DNA of 64,000 nt from Candidatus Poribacteria bacterium (GCA_965205025.1 CBDBFU010000020.1:192001-256000); one strand, 5' to 3'. Counted from the stretch's first letter, positions 32,195 to 42,525 are shown. The notes: generated by a model not told the origin, from the letters alone. A program made the numbers and translations.

Positions 32195-33163
32195 ATGTCA
32201 GAACTTAATCGAACTCATCTCACTATCCTTCCACTTTCTGAGCGTCAACATAAGATGAGTGTAGAAGATATTTATTGTTTAGATGCATCAATCCCTAATT
32301 ATGAAAATGAATGGCTTCCACTCGTTGCTGAACGTATCATTCAGGCAAGGAAGAAATCCAAACAGGTAATTTGGATGATGGGGGCACATGTTATGCGTCG
32401 TGGAAACTCTCGTTATATCATTGACCTCCTGGAACGTGGTGTAATCACCCATATTGCTACGAATGGTGCCTGTGCCATTCACGATTTTGAAATGGCACAT
32501 ATTGGTGCAACCCTTGAAGATGTTGAGATATACATCAAAGATGGAAAATTTGGTAATTGGGAAGAAACAGGTAGGTATATTAATCAAGCTATCAATAGAG
32601 GTTACCACAACCAAATTGGTCTTGGTGAATCAATTGGAAAACTTATAGAAGACGGTGAAGAGAATATATCTATTCCCTATCGAGATGTAAGCATATTCGC
32701 TGCTGCGTATCGCTTAAATATACCGATAACTGTTCATAAGGGCATCGGTTTTGACATTACCGATCAACATCCGTCTGCTGATTATGCTGCAATTGGATGG
32801 ACATCCGGCAAGGATTTTCTCAAATTTGCAGAGTCTGTATCGAAATTAGAGGAGGGGGTATTCCTAAACTTAGGTTCGGCTGTGATGGGACCAGAGGTAT
32901 ATCTTAAAAGTCTATCTATGGCGCGGAACATTGCAACACAACGTGGTGAACAGATTCGTCATTTTACAACTGCGAATTTCGACCTGATAGATTTTGCTGA
33001 TTTTCAAGAAGAAGGCAACCCTACCGATGCACATTATTATCACCGTCCAAAGAAAACCATACTAATCCGCACGGTTAAAGACGGTGGCGAGAGTTATCAT
33101 ATCTCTGGGGACTTTTCTGTCACTGTCCCAAATTTATACAACTTGATTACTACATCAATGTAA
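32195..33163 (+). CDS. Deoxyhypusine-synthase-like fold protein of unknown function
   Basis: MGAHV, HIATNGACAIHDFE, FG.WEETG, IPITVH, NLGSAVMGPEVYLK motifs of a DHS-like family. Confidence 0.6.
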   Translation: MSELNRTHLTILPLSERQHKMSVEDIYCLDASIPNYENEWLPLVAERIIQARKKSKQVIWMMGAHVMRRGNSRYIIDLLERGVITHIATNGACAIHDFEMAHIGATLEDVEIYIKDGKFGNWEETGRYINQAINRGYHNQIGLGESIGKLIEDGEENISIPYRDVSIFAAAYRLNIPITVHKGIGFDITDQHPSADYAAIGWTSGKDFLKFAESVSKLEEGVFLNLGSAVMGPEVYLKSLSMARNIATQRGEQIRHFTTANFDLIDFADFQEEGNPTDAHYYHRPKKTILIRTVKDGGESYHISGDFSVTVPNLYNLITTSM

Positions 33164-33203
33164 GATAGAGTAATTGGAAATTAATTCTATCCTTGTGGGC
33201 ATG

Positions 33204-34430
33204 TTACCCAGATCGGATACTATAGTAATTTGCGTAATAAAATTCACTTTCTCGTTTTAACCAATCTGTATCTGTAACTTTATCACCAAATCGTTGATGT
33301 GAAAAATCGGAAATATCTTCCCCAGGATCACCATCAATCACCCATTTTGATAACCAGCATCCTACAGCCGCTGAACCAGCAATTCCTAATGCAGCACAAC
33401 CTGTAGCTAAGTATAGACGGTCAATTCCCGGTACAGGACCTATCATATATGCTCCATCAGGAGAAAAGGTGGTCATACCTCTGTTATATTCCGTAATGTC
33501 CAGATCGCTCAGAATAGGAAATATAGGTGATAATCTATCCCGTGCATCATCCATTACCTGAATTGGTGGTTCAATATCTCCTGTTCTAAAGTCAGATGGC
33601 ATTTTTTCCAAGTCAATACTTACTGGATTTGGTTCAAAAAATCCATAAAGGTACCCGCCTTTTTCAGGTCTCAGATAACAACTGAGATCAGGTACCCGCA
33701 CGACTGGATGATGTTCCGGTATGTTGCTGGTTGGTACTGTTCTTGCACGCTGATGACGGATTGGTTGTACAGCTGTTGTTGTACCAACTTCTTTAGCGAT
33801 TGAAGCACCCCACGGACCTGCGGTGATAATTACATGGTGTGATTCAATAACACCTACATTTGTTTCTACACCATAGATTTCTCCGTTATCTTGACATATT
33901 CTTATAACGGGTGTATCGAAACTAATTTCTACCCCTATATCCTTAGCAGCATTAGCATAAGCACAAGCACATTTATACGGATCTACATATCCATCATTAG
34001 GTACAAAGTATCCTCCCTCAATTTCACTCACATTGATTGATGGCACAAGTCTTGATATTTCATTATTTGAGATAAAGTTTGCTTCAATATTGTTCTTATG
34101 TGCCTTTTCAATCTGTTTTTTATACGCTTCCATCCGTTCAGGAGTAAGGGCAATCATCAAACTTCCGGTTTGCTGTAAGCTTGTATCATACCCTGTCTCT
34201 TTAGGAAACTGAGAAAAAAGTCTAAGAGCATAATGGATCGCCTGGAACATAATATCAGTAGACCGAATTTGTCCTACAAGTCCTGCAGCTTGTGTTGTAG
34301 TTTCTGCAGCAATTTTTGAATTACGTTCTAAAACGAGGATGTCATTTTGTCCGTATTTTGCCAAATGATAGGCAGTACTCAATCCCCATATCCCACCACC
34401 GATAATTATTACTTCAGTTTGTTTTTTCAT
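33204..34430 (-). CDS. FAD-dependent oxidoreductase (DAO family, sarcosine/dimethylglycine dehydrogenase N-domain-like)
   Basis: IIGGGIWG, DGYVDP, TAGPW, YLRPEKGG, FSPDG, GIAGSAAVG. Confidence 0.88.
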   Translation of the reverse strand: MKKQTEVIIIGGGIWGLSTAYHLAKYGQNDILVLERNSKIAAETTTQAAGLVGQIRSTDIMFQAIHYALRLFSQFPKETGYDTSLQQTGSLMIALTPERMEAYKKQIEKAHKNNIEANFISNNEISRLVPSINVSEIEGGYFVPNDGYVDPYKCACAYANAAKDIGVEISFDTPVIRICQDNGEIYGVETNVGVIESHHVIITAGPWGASIAKEVGTTTAVQPIRHQRARTVPTSNIPEHHPVVRVPDLSCYLRPEKGGYLYGFFEPNPVSIDLEKMPSDFRTGDIEPPIQVMDDARDRLSPIFPILSDLDITEYNRGMTTFSPDGAYMIGPVPGIDRLYLATGCAALGIAGSAAVGCWLSKWVIDGDPGEDISDFSHQRFGDKVTDTDWLKRESEFYYANYYSIRSG

Positions 34431-34449
34431 AGTGACATCAATCTGTAAA

Positions 34450-37188
34450 TTAGCCTACTGATGCAATCTCTAAATGTCCTTTCCAGTGTGCATGTAACAT
34501 TTGTTTCATGAGTTGATGTTCGGGTAGGTTTAACTGAGGATCTATTTTGATGATATTCATTGCCTCTTTCTTTGCTGCTTCCAGTAATTCAGCATCACTA
34601 ATGATATTTGCAATCTTGAATGTTGGCATCCCAGATTGGCGCGTACCAAAAAATTCACCAGGACCACGTATATTCAGATCTTCTTCAGCAATTTCAAAGC
34701 CGTTATTTGAACGTACCATTACTTGAATACGACGGTATGCCTCATCGGATTTCGGAGTTGCCACCAAGTAACAGTATGACTTATTACTTCCTCGTCCAAC
34801 TCTACCACGTAATTGATGAAGTTGTGCCAAACCAAATCGTTCTGCATTTTCAATCACCATAATTGTCGCATTAGGCACATCTATCCCTACCTCAATTACT
34901 GTTGTGGCAACAAGTATATCAACTTCCTTAGCATTGAATTGTGCCATAACGTTCTGTTTCTCAACAGACTTCAACTGACCGTGTAATAACCCAATTCGTA
35001 AATTTGGAAACACTTCTTCCTGTATGTGTTCAGCCATTTTTGTAGCAGCTTTTAATTCCTCTAATTTCTCTGATTCTTCGACCAATGGGTATACAATATA
35101 TGCTTGTCTTCCACTGTTAATCTCTTTCTGTAGTTCGGTATACAACTCACCACGATCTTTTTCTTTCACCCATTGTGTTACAATCTTCTGTCTACCTGGT
35201 GGTAATTCATCTATAACAGAGACATTCAGATCCCCGTATACAGTTAGTGAAAGTGTTCTGGGTATAGGAGTAGCGGTCATGACTAATACATCAGGTGAAA
35301 GTTGTTTATCAGTTGATGATTTTCCTTTACTTCTGAGCATCGCACGCTGCATTACACCAAATCGATGTTGCTCATCTACAATTACAAGTCCAAGATTAGA
35401 AAATTCTACACCTTCCTGTATAAGTGCTTGTGTTCCAATAATTAGGTTTGCGCTCCCATCAGAAATTGCAGTGATTGCTTCATCTCGTTCTGATTTTGTA
35501 AGATCACTTTTTAGAAGTATAACCTTGAGACCAAGAGGAGATAGGATATTCAATAGGTTTTGGTGGTGTTGTTCTGCGAGTATTTCAGTTGGTACCATTA
35601 ATGCACCTTGGTATCCGTTTTCAATCGCACAGAGAAGCGACATAGCCGCAACAACTGTCTTACCAGATCCTACATCTCCTTGAATTAATCTATTCATTAC
35701 ACGTGAACTCTTCATATCATCACGTATTTCTTCAAACACCTTGGATTGTGCTTTTGTTAATTCAAAGGGCAGAGAAACAATGAATCTATTCAAGAGACTA
35801 TTGGAATCTGTATGATCTATCTCAAATTGAATCCCATTTTGTGCAGTTCTGTGGTCTTTTCGCATTTCCATCCCAAGACTCAACAAAAAGAATTCATCAA
35901 ATGCCAGTCGACGTTGTGCAGCGATCCGGTGTGCATCTGATGCAGGAAAATGTATCTCATTAATGGCGTGTTGTCTATCAATGAGATGATTTTTCTGACG
36001 AATTTGTAACGGTAATATCTCAGGAATATCTTCCCCAGTCTCATTTAACACATTCCGAACAGCAGTTCGTATCAATTTTGCGGTAAGGTTGGCTGTTAAA
36101 GGATATTTTGGTACAATTCGTTTAGTATGAATCAGATTATCTTCATCAAAAATCTCAAATTCATAGTCAGATGTTTGTATCTCATTGTATCGTCTTGTGA
36201 ATTTACCGCTAATTACTACCTCTGTTTCAATTGGAAGGATAGATTTTATATACCCTATTCTTCTTCCAAAATTAACTAATACCGCTACACCTGTCCCATC
36301 AAAAATTGATACTTTTCCTATACTTTTTCGACCTTTGGCAACAGGTGGTTGGGTAACATGATTAACGACTTTCCCTTGAATTGTTTCAGGCTTTCCACTT
36401 TCCGATCTCCCCAGAGTATAAATATCTACAATCTTGGATCTATCAAGATAGTCCCGTGGATAGTATTCTAATAATCCTCCTATAGTTTGAATGTCAATTT
36501 CTTCTAAGAGGATCTGAGCACGTTTGGGACCAATACCCTTAACATATTGAAGTGAATTATTAAATAATTCCAAAGATTCAACATCAATTGAAACAGGTTT
36601 ACCACTAATTACCACAGACGGAATTTCATCATCTGATATGTCATCCTTAACTGATGGAGTAATTGTATCAAATGATGCTGGTTGGGTATTCAATGAGTCT
36701 GAAGAATCAATGGTCGGAACAACAGGAGTTTGTGGTTTTTCTTCAGAAGGAGGGGTAATTTCATTCTGATTTGAATTACGGAATAAAGGTAAGTTTTCAA
36801 TCTGTTTTAAGTCTGTAGATGTAGACTTTTTGTGATTTAGATCACTAATATTCTTGTTAGGTTTGATCTCTGTTTTTTGTACTGGATCTTCATCAGAAGA
36901 TAGGAGAGTTAAATCACCAATTAGTGCTGCGTTAATTGACTGAGATGCCTGTTGTAGAATACTCTCTCTTTCAGCTGTAGGTAAATTAGAATAGTTTCGA
37001 AATAGTTCATTTAATTTATTTATGAACAATGTTTGTTCTGTAGTCAATTCAAGTTTTGTAGCATTGGCTACCCACAGTGAAACATAGGCTTCTAAACCAT
37101 TAATTACAACATCATCAAGACAACCTGTTTTTAGTTCCTGCTGAAATGGTCTATTAATTGTTGATAATATCTTATTTAACTCGTTCAT
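34450..37188 (-). CDS. recG: ATP-dependent DNA helicase RecG with a long N-terminal extension
   Basis: QGDVGSGKT, MVPTEILAEQH, DEQHRFG, MTATPIPRTL, LHQLRGRVGRG, RGPGEFFGTRQSG. Confidence 0.97.
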   Translation of the reverse strand: MNELNKILSTINRPFQQELKTGCLDDVVINGLEAYVSLWVANATKLELTTEQTLFINKLNELFRNYSNLPTAERESILQQASQSINAALIGDLTLLSSDEDPVQKTEIKPNKNISDLNHKKSTSTDLKQIENLPLFRNSNQNEITPPSEEKPQTPVVPTIDSSDSLNTQPASFDTITPSVKDDISDDEIPSVVISGKPVSIDVESLELFNNSLQYVKGIGPKRAQILLEEIDIQTIGGLLEYYPRDYLDRSKIVDIYTLGRSESGKPETIQGKVVNHVTQPPVAKGRKSIGKVSIFDGTGVAVLVNFGRRIGYIKSILPIETEVVISGKFTRRYNEIQTSDYEFEIFDEDNLIHTKRIVPKYPLTANLTAKLIRTAVRNVLNETGEDIPEILPLQIRQKNHLIDRQHAINEIHFPASDAHRIAAQRRLAFDEFFLLSLGMEMRKDHRTAQNGIQFEIDHTDSNSLLNRFIVSLPFELTKAQSKVFEEIRDDMKSSRVMNRLIQGDVGSGKTVVAAMSLLCAIENGYQGALMVPTEILAEQHHQNLLNILSPLGLKVILLKSDLTKSERDEAITAISDGSANLIIGTQALIQEGVEFSNLGLVIVDEQHRFGVMQRAMLRSKGKSSTDKQLSPDVLVMTATPIPRTLSLTVYGDLNVSVIDELPPGRQKIVTQWVKEKDRGELYTELQKEINSGRQAYIVYPLVEESEKLEELKAATKMAEHIQEEVFPNLRIGLLHGQLKSVEKQNVMAQFNAKEVDILVATTVIEVGIDVPNATIMVIENAERFGLAQLHQLRGRVGRGSNKSYCYLVATPKSDEAYRRIQVMVRSNNGFEIAEEDLNIRGPGEFFGTRQSGMPTFKIANIISDAELLEAAKKEAMNIIKIDPQLNLPEHQLMKQMLHAHWKGHLEIASVG

Positions 37189-37443
37189 TCTTTTTTTATC
37201 TGGGATTCAACCTAACGTAGGTACAGATTAATGTGTATAGTATACTCTAAGACCTATATAGAATCAATTGTTAACAACCTCTTCAAATCGTAACGACTGA
37301 TGATTGTGTTATGCTACATATATAGCACTTTTATATTAGAATATTGGTCCGATTAACAATTTTTCTAATATACAATTCACATGTTATGGTATGATATATC
37401 TATAAGTATTATTACCGAAAACATTAGAACCTGGAATATTGGT

Positions 37444-38281
37444 ATGAATTCTATATATCTGACTGAAGAACAGAAGCAACATTGGCACGATGAAGGTTAT
37501 CTAATTCTAAGACAAGTTCTATCATCTAAAGAAGTTGAAGAGATTCTTACTGCAGTAGATAAGGTAATTGAATCCTATGTACAGCAGACTCCAAAACTTC
37601 AGGGAACTCGTTTTGGTTCTGGGGCATTTACTATCATCCGAGCAATAGAAAGGACTCCCACATTAGATTCACTGACTGACCATCCAAATACTTTTGGGAC
37701 AATCCTATCTCTGATGGGGTCCGTATCTACAAATTATGGGTACACAAATATATGTTCGTCATCCTGATGAAGAACAACTTATGGGGTTTCACACTGATGC
37801 CGGTCCCTCTTTACAAAGAATTCAGCCCAATCCTAATAGTCTACCATTACAATTCAAAATTCAGTTTTTTCTAACTGACCTATCTCATGAAAATAGTGCC
37901 AACTTCATGTGTGTACCGGGAAGTCATAATAGACCATTTTCAGATTATCATACTGTTAATGGTAAATATCCTGAAGGAGCAATCCAAGTAATTGCTAAGG
38001 CGGGTGATGCTGTGATATTTCCATGGGCACTTTGGCACGGTGTGGGTCCAAATCATACAGACATCATCCGAAAAAGTGTTACTTTCCGGTACGGACAGAT
38101 GTGGAGTAGACCGTATGATTATGATTCTCTTCCAGAAGATGTACTCTCAAGAATGACACCTCGACGACAAAGGTTGTTTGGTTTTATGGGTGAAGACTAC
38201 CATCCAACTGATTATTTCAAACCGAAAGATCAAATTGAGATTATCTGTGGTGATGATTGGAATATAAATCTCGAAAATTAA
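37444..38281 (+). CDS. PhyH-family Fe(II)/2OG dioxygenase, frameshifted at 37716-37719
   Basis: W.DEGYLIL in the first frame; FHTD, FFLTD, VPGSH and LWHG in the second; deleting one G from GGGG gives LMGPYLQIMGTQIY. Confidence 0.85.
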
Positions 38282-39195
38282 CTTGACCCTTCCAATTTTT
38301 CAAATAAATCCCTGAAGATAGTATCTCGATTAACACCTGTAGCAACACGCATAAGATGTCTACTGTTGTCAAAACTCCACGTAATCATATCTGTTAGTAT
38401 AGGACTATGTACTATTTCAGTGGGCACCCAACTGCTATTAATGAGATATGCCGTTGCTGATATATCCCATATTACCTTGGACCAAGCATAATGGTCTTTA
38501 TGATATTCTTTGAATATCTCAACAAGGTAATCTCCGATCCTACCTCTACCTTGAACATACCGTTCCATCTCAGAAACAGTCGTTAACAGATGTGAAACAA
38601 CCCCTCGTGCTGGTAGATGGACAAATGGAACACCACTATCTAAGACAACCCTCGCTCCTAAAACATCTTGCGCAAGGTTAAACTCACGGGTATGAGACCA
38701 ATATAATGGATTTCCACCCAACCAAACCACAACAATATTCTTTATAATTTCTGGTTCAATTAGAATAGCTGATGCTACGTTGGTAATTGCACCTATAGCA
38801 ACAACATATAGTGGTTCGTTAGAATTAGATAATGCACGTTCAATCAGATCTTTAGTTGCCTCACTCTCTATTGGTGAATCTACACTCGACAAAAATGCAG
38901 TTGAACCCCGATATGCAAACCCTTCAGATTCAACATTTAGGAATGTTAATAACCTCAGTATCTCATCATAGCTTTTCTCCATACCGTCTTCAGCATCCTT
39001 TGAACGATTATTATGGAATGGAGCAGCATATAACGCTTCTACATTGAGTTCGTCAGGTGATAATAAAGCATGGACAACAGCAAACTGGTCATCAATCTCA
39101 TTATATGTATCTGTGTCAAGTATCATTCTAACACACCCATCTGGGGGGTGTAACATCTCTATCCGTTTGGATTCAGGAATGGTTGGAAAGTTCAT
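38278..39195 (-). CDS. Inosine-uridine preferring nucleoside hydrolase family protein
   Basis: ILDTDTYNEIDD, AIGAITNVA, WLGG, EFNL, IWD. Confidence 0.9.
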   Translation of the reverse strand: MNFPTIPESKRIEMLHPPDGCVRMILDTDTYNEIDDQFAVVHALLSPDELNVEALYAAPFHNNRSKDAEDGMEKSYDEILRLLTFLNVESEGFAYRGSTAFLSSVDSPIESEATKDLIERALSNSNEPLYVVAIGAITNVASAILIEPEIIKNIVVVWLGGNPLYWSHTREFNLAQDVLGARVVLDSGVPFVHLPARGVVSHLLTTVSEMERYVQGRGRIGDYLVEIFKEYHKDHYAWSKVIWDISATAYLINSSWVPTEIVHSPILTDMITWSFDNSRHLMRVATGVNRDTIFRDLFEKLEGSS

Positions 39196-39293
39196 AATTA
39201 TTGTACCTTTATTGTACCTTATTGACTTAAACTGGATATAGATTTATAGATTATCACATAAATGACAATACAGTCAATTATTGGAATGAAAAT

Positions 39294-39425
39294 GGGTGTG
39301 TAAAGTATTGGCACTCAACATCATCCTGCAATTGTATCTGGAAACCAATATTTTTCCCAAGTATTGTTCATTTACCTACATCTCAACTCCATTATGGCAT
39401 TGAGACCTTCATCTGTCAATCTCAT
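39294..39425 (-). pseudogene. C-terminal remnant of an ISKra4/ISLre2-like transposase with its terminal IR
   Basis: 39425->39321 reads MRLTDEGLNAIMELRCR*MNNTWEKYWFPDTIAG*, matching the MRW..xG..AI..LR....N..W..YW C-terminus; ends in TTTACACACCC. Confidence 0.65.
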
Positions 39426-39496
39426 AATTATATTAGATGTATGGTTATTGTGAATGGAAAAAGTGTTAATATTTATCGTTTTGAGATAATATCACT

Positions 39497-39584
39497 TTCA
39501 CGGAAACCTTCACGGAGCAATTTTACGAAGCCTTATTCTATAAGGGTTTGTAATTTTAATTATACCAATCTCCGTGAATCACAT
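39497..39584 (+). repeat. Left arm of an ~89-bp inverted repeat
   Basis: Reverse complement of 40225-40313 with 3 substitutions and 1 indel. Confidence 0.92.
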
Positions 39585-39927
39585 GCGTTAATTAGTTGTT
39601 AACAATTGCGTGTATGGAATGCATCTTCGGTTTTCATCTGATTATTAATATCTCTTTAATGTAGCATAAACTTCCAGTTTGTGCGGTATTTCAAGACATA
39701 CTTTACAACTTCTCATCGGGTAAACATTTATATAAATGGAATTAGTAGTTCCTTTGATAAGTGGTAATGGTTATTAGGTTTAAAATCCTTGTGAGAAATC
39801 TCAGTATAGATAATCAGTAGAATTAACGTTATGAATAATTCGGAAGAGAAATCCTGATATTTTTCACGATATAGTACAATCCTGATATTTCACACAATAG
39901 AATTATTAATTTCCCAATATGTAATTT

Positions 39928-39977
39928 GATAATGAGACTCAATATTATTTATATTATAGATAATGAGACTCAGTATT
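39928..39977. promoter_or_regulatory. Two tandem Fur-like boxes
   Basis: GATAATGAGACTCAATATT (39928-39946) and GATAATGAGACTCAGTATT (39959-39977), each 15/19 matches to GATAATGATAATCATTATC, 31 bp apart. Confidence 0.55.
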
Positions 39978-40224
39978 ATATATATTAGAATATAACTATA
40001 TAATAATATAATAGTATTTGATGATTATTCTATTATATTACGTTATTTTAACTACAATATGTCAAATACTTATATCTCTAATTATTTGAGGTTTAAAATG
40101 GACATACAGGAATAACCGTTAGGATGCTGATGTTTGTATTCTATTTAATTTGACTCTTGATCATAGGCATTTTTCAGAGTGTGTAGCCACCTACAATTCA
40201 ATTTAGTAATATATAATATAACAT

Positions 40225-40313
40225 ATGTGATTCACGGAGAATTGGTATAGTTAAAATTATAAACCCTTATAGAATATGGCTTCGTAAAATTGCTCCGTGA
40301 AGGTTTCCGTGAA
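40225..40313 (-). repeat. Right arm of an ~89-bp inverted repeat
   Basis: ATGTGATTCACGGAGAATTGG...CTCCGTGAAGGTTTCCGTGAA, inverse of 39497-39584. Confidence 0.92.
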
Positions 40314-40598
40314 TGGAGTTGTGAATTTCTCAATGGAGAATTAACAGATACTACAGTTGGAGAAACTATAGTTCGGACAATTCTTATCCATTTTGATATA
40401 AAATTAGGGTAACTGTTTAGGGTAGGAAATTGATCCAATATAAGTTGAATATGCTTGTTGAAATACTTTTTAAATTGTAGTATAATTCTTTTTAAAATAT
40501 GTGCTAAATCCTATCAGTATATGTTCCTATTACAGTATCATTGGAGGTATTAAATAGATACTTTTTACTATACTAAATAAACAGTATCAACTTACTAA

Positions 40599-41597
40599 AT
40601 GAATACACTCCGACACATAATTAATGGTTTTCTCATTGGAATTGCTAACATAATACCCGGTATGAGTGGTGGAACACTTGCACTTGTGTTAGGAATATAT
40701 GAACGGTTGATAAATGCATTAAGAAATATTGGAATTAATACTGCCAAATCAACAATAGGATTACTATCTTTTAGACAAAAGGCATATACATCATTTCAAG
40801 ATGAACTTCGTAATATAGACTTTAAATTTCTATTCTTATTAGGTGTTGGTGCTTTTGTTTCTGTTGTAGTCTCATCTAAGATTATCGTTTATCTCTTGAG
40901 TGCTCATCACGATGCTACTTACGGTTTCTTTTTTGGTCTTGTCTTAACCTCAATCCTTATTCCTGTTCGTATGCTCAACGGGTTTAGGTGGAAAGAAATC
41001 TTGGTTTTATTATTGGCAATAGGATTAATTGTTACAATAGAAGAGTTGAAGAAAAGTGCAGCGAATTCTATTTCAGTATCAGGAGTTGACTTAGACACTA
41101 CTATAACAACTTATGGACTTTTCTTTATTTCTGGTGCTTTAGCAATTTCAGCGATGATTTTGCCCGGTATAAGTGGCTCCTTCCTAATGTTAGCTTTTGG
41201 AGTTTATTTTCCTTTAGTAACAGCGATTAAGGATACTATAGATGGTTTTTTTTCAATTCTAAAGGGAGGCACAATCCAACCGATTCTTGATAATATGCTC
41301 TTACTGAGTATTTTCGCTATTGGGTGTATAAGTGGACTATTACTCTTTACAAGATTGTTAAATCTGTTGCTAAAACAGTACCGTAATTTGACTATTGCAT
41401 TCCTTATTGGATTGATGGTTGGGTCATTATATGGTTTATGGCCATTTCGCGCATCTTTAACAGTTGGAGATAATCGCTATGACACAACCCATCTTCTTCC
41501 TGAAGTAAATTTGGATCTACTAATTACAGCAGTGGTGTTTCTTGTCGGTTGTGGAGTTATCTTATGGTTTTCAAGATTTGAAAAGGAAACTGGATGA
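40599..41597 (+). CDS. DUF368 family membrane protein (putative undecaprenyl-phosphate translocase)
   Basis: Duplicated motifs ANIIPGMSGGTLA..LGIYE and AMILPGISGS. Confidence 0.9.
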   Translation: MNTLRHIINGFLIGIANIIPGMSGGTLALVLGIYERLINALRNIGINTAKSTIGLLSFRQKAYTSFQDELRNIDFKFLFLLGVGAFVSVVVSSKIIVYLLSAHHDATYGFFFGLVLTSILIPVRMLNGFRWKEILVLLLAIGLIVTIEELKKSAANSISVSGVDLDTTITTYGLFFISGALAISAMILPGISGSFLMLAFGVYFPLVTAIKDTIDGFFSILKGGTIQPILDNMLLLSIFAIGCISGLLLFTRLLNLLLKQYRNLTIAFLIGLMVGSLYGLWPFRASLTVGDNRYDTTHLLPEVNLDLLITAVVFLVGCGVILWFSRFEKETG

Positions 41598-42457
41598 CGA
41601 AAAAGGTCGGGTTTTTTGTTAATACCAATAAAGAGAAAGCAACACAGGTTGTAATAGAAGTATCTGCGTTGTTAAAAAAGGCTGGTGCCATACCAATAAT
41701 TCCAAGTGAACAAGCTAAAGCACTTGGTTTTCCTGATACTGGTATTAGCACTGACCAAATGGTAGAGGAATCTGATCTTGTAATAGTGCTTGGAGGGGAT
41801 GGAACCCTTCTTAGTGCTGCACATACACCAAAAATAGAAAAAATACCTATACTTGCAATTAATTTAGGGCACCTGGGATTCTTAACAGATGCATCACTTG
41901 ATGAACTTAATCCAACATTAAGAGCAACATTGAATGGGGATTATCGTATTGAGCATCGTATGATGTTAGAGGTATTCGTAAATAGTCAGAGTTCCCAACA
42001 GTTTCATGCATACGCACTCAACGATGTTGTCATACGACACTATACAAGATTAATAGAACTAAAAGCGTTTGTAGACGGTGAATTGTTTATTCCATATAAT
42101 GCTGATGGGTTGATAATTGCTACACCAAGTGGTTCTACTGGTTATTCTCTATCCTGTGGTGGTACAATTGTCGCCCCACAGATTAAGGCAATTCTGTTAA
42201 CACCAATTGCTCCTCATAGTCTGACAGTACGACCATTTATTGCTCATGGTGATGCGGAAATAAAAGTTGAAATGCATTCAACTTATGAAAGTTTAGATCT
42301 TTTTATAGACGGACAACGCGAAACACATACACTTAAGAGAGAAGTAGAAATTGAAATCCGGAAGGCTGAACGTACTATTCAACTAATCCGGTCAAGAAAC
42401 CATAGTTATTATAAAGCACTCCGTGAAAAACTGATGTTAGGCGAAAGAATAAAGTAA
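41594..42457 (+). CDS. nadK: NAD(+) kinase
   Basis: LGGDGTLL, INLGHLGFL, ALND, ADGLIIATPSGSTGYSLSCGG, PIAPH. Confidence 0.96.
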   Translation: MTKKVGFFVNTNKEKATQVVIEVSALLKKAGAIPIIPSEQAKALGFPDTGISTDQMVEESDLVIVLGGDGTLLSAAHTPKIEKIPILAINLGHLGFLTDASLDELNPTLRATLNGDYRIEHRMMLEVFVNSQSSQQFHAYALNDVVIRHYTRLIELKAFVDGELFIPYNADGLIIATPSGSTGYSLSCGGTIVAPQIKAILLTPIAPHSLTVRPFIAHGDAEIKVEMHSTYESLDLFIDGQRETHTLKREVEIEIRKAERTIQLIRSRNHSYYKALREKLMLGERIK

Positions 42458-42525
42458 TATTGTAATTCTGTAATAAACCATTATATTAACGCATTCAAAT
42501 ACTATTGAATTTATTAAGGAAGACC

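Noticed and set aside
35024-35683. 219-aa plus-strand ORF and other long antisense ORFs (e.g. 48191-48781, 30850-31326)
   Set aside because: Antisense shadows of recG, aroE and smc with no independent motifs
39308-39335. CIRCE-like half site TTGGCACTC
   Set aside because: No matching GAGTGCTAA half after 9 bp; it lies within an IS end
39850-39977. Short direct repeats as a CRISPR array or replication-origin iterons
   Set aside because: Only two copies of each repeat, spacers too short, and no cas/rep genes or DnaA boxes; better explained as operator sites
40232-40438. 68-aa minus-strand ORF
   Set aside because: Overlaps the inverted-repeat arm, with no clear RBS or recognisable motif; likely spurious
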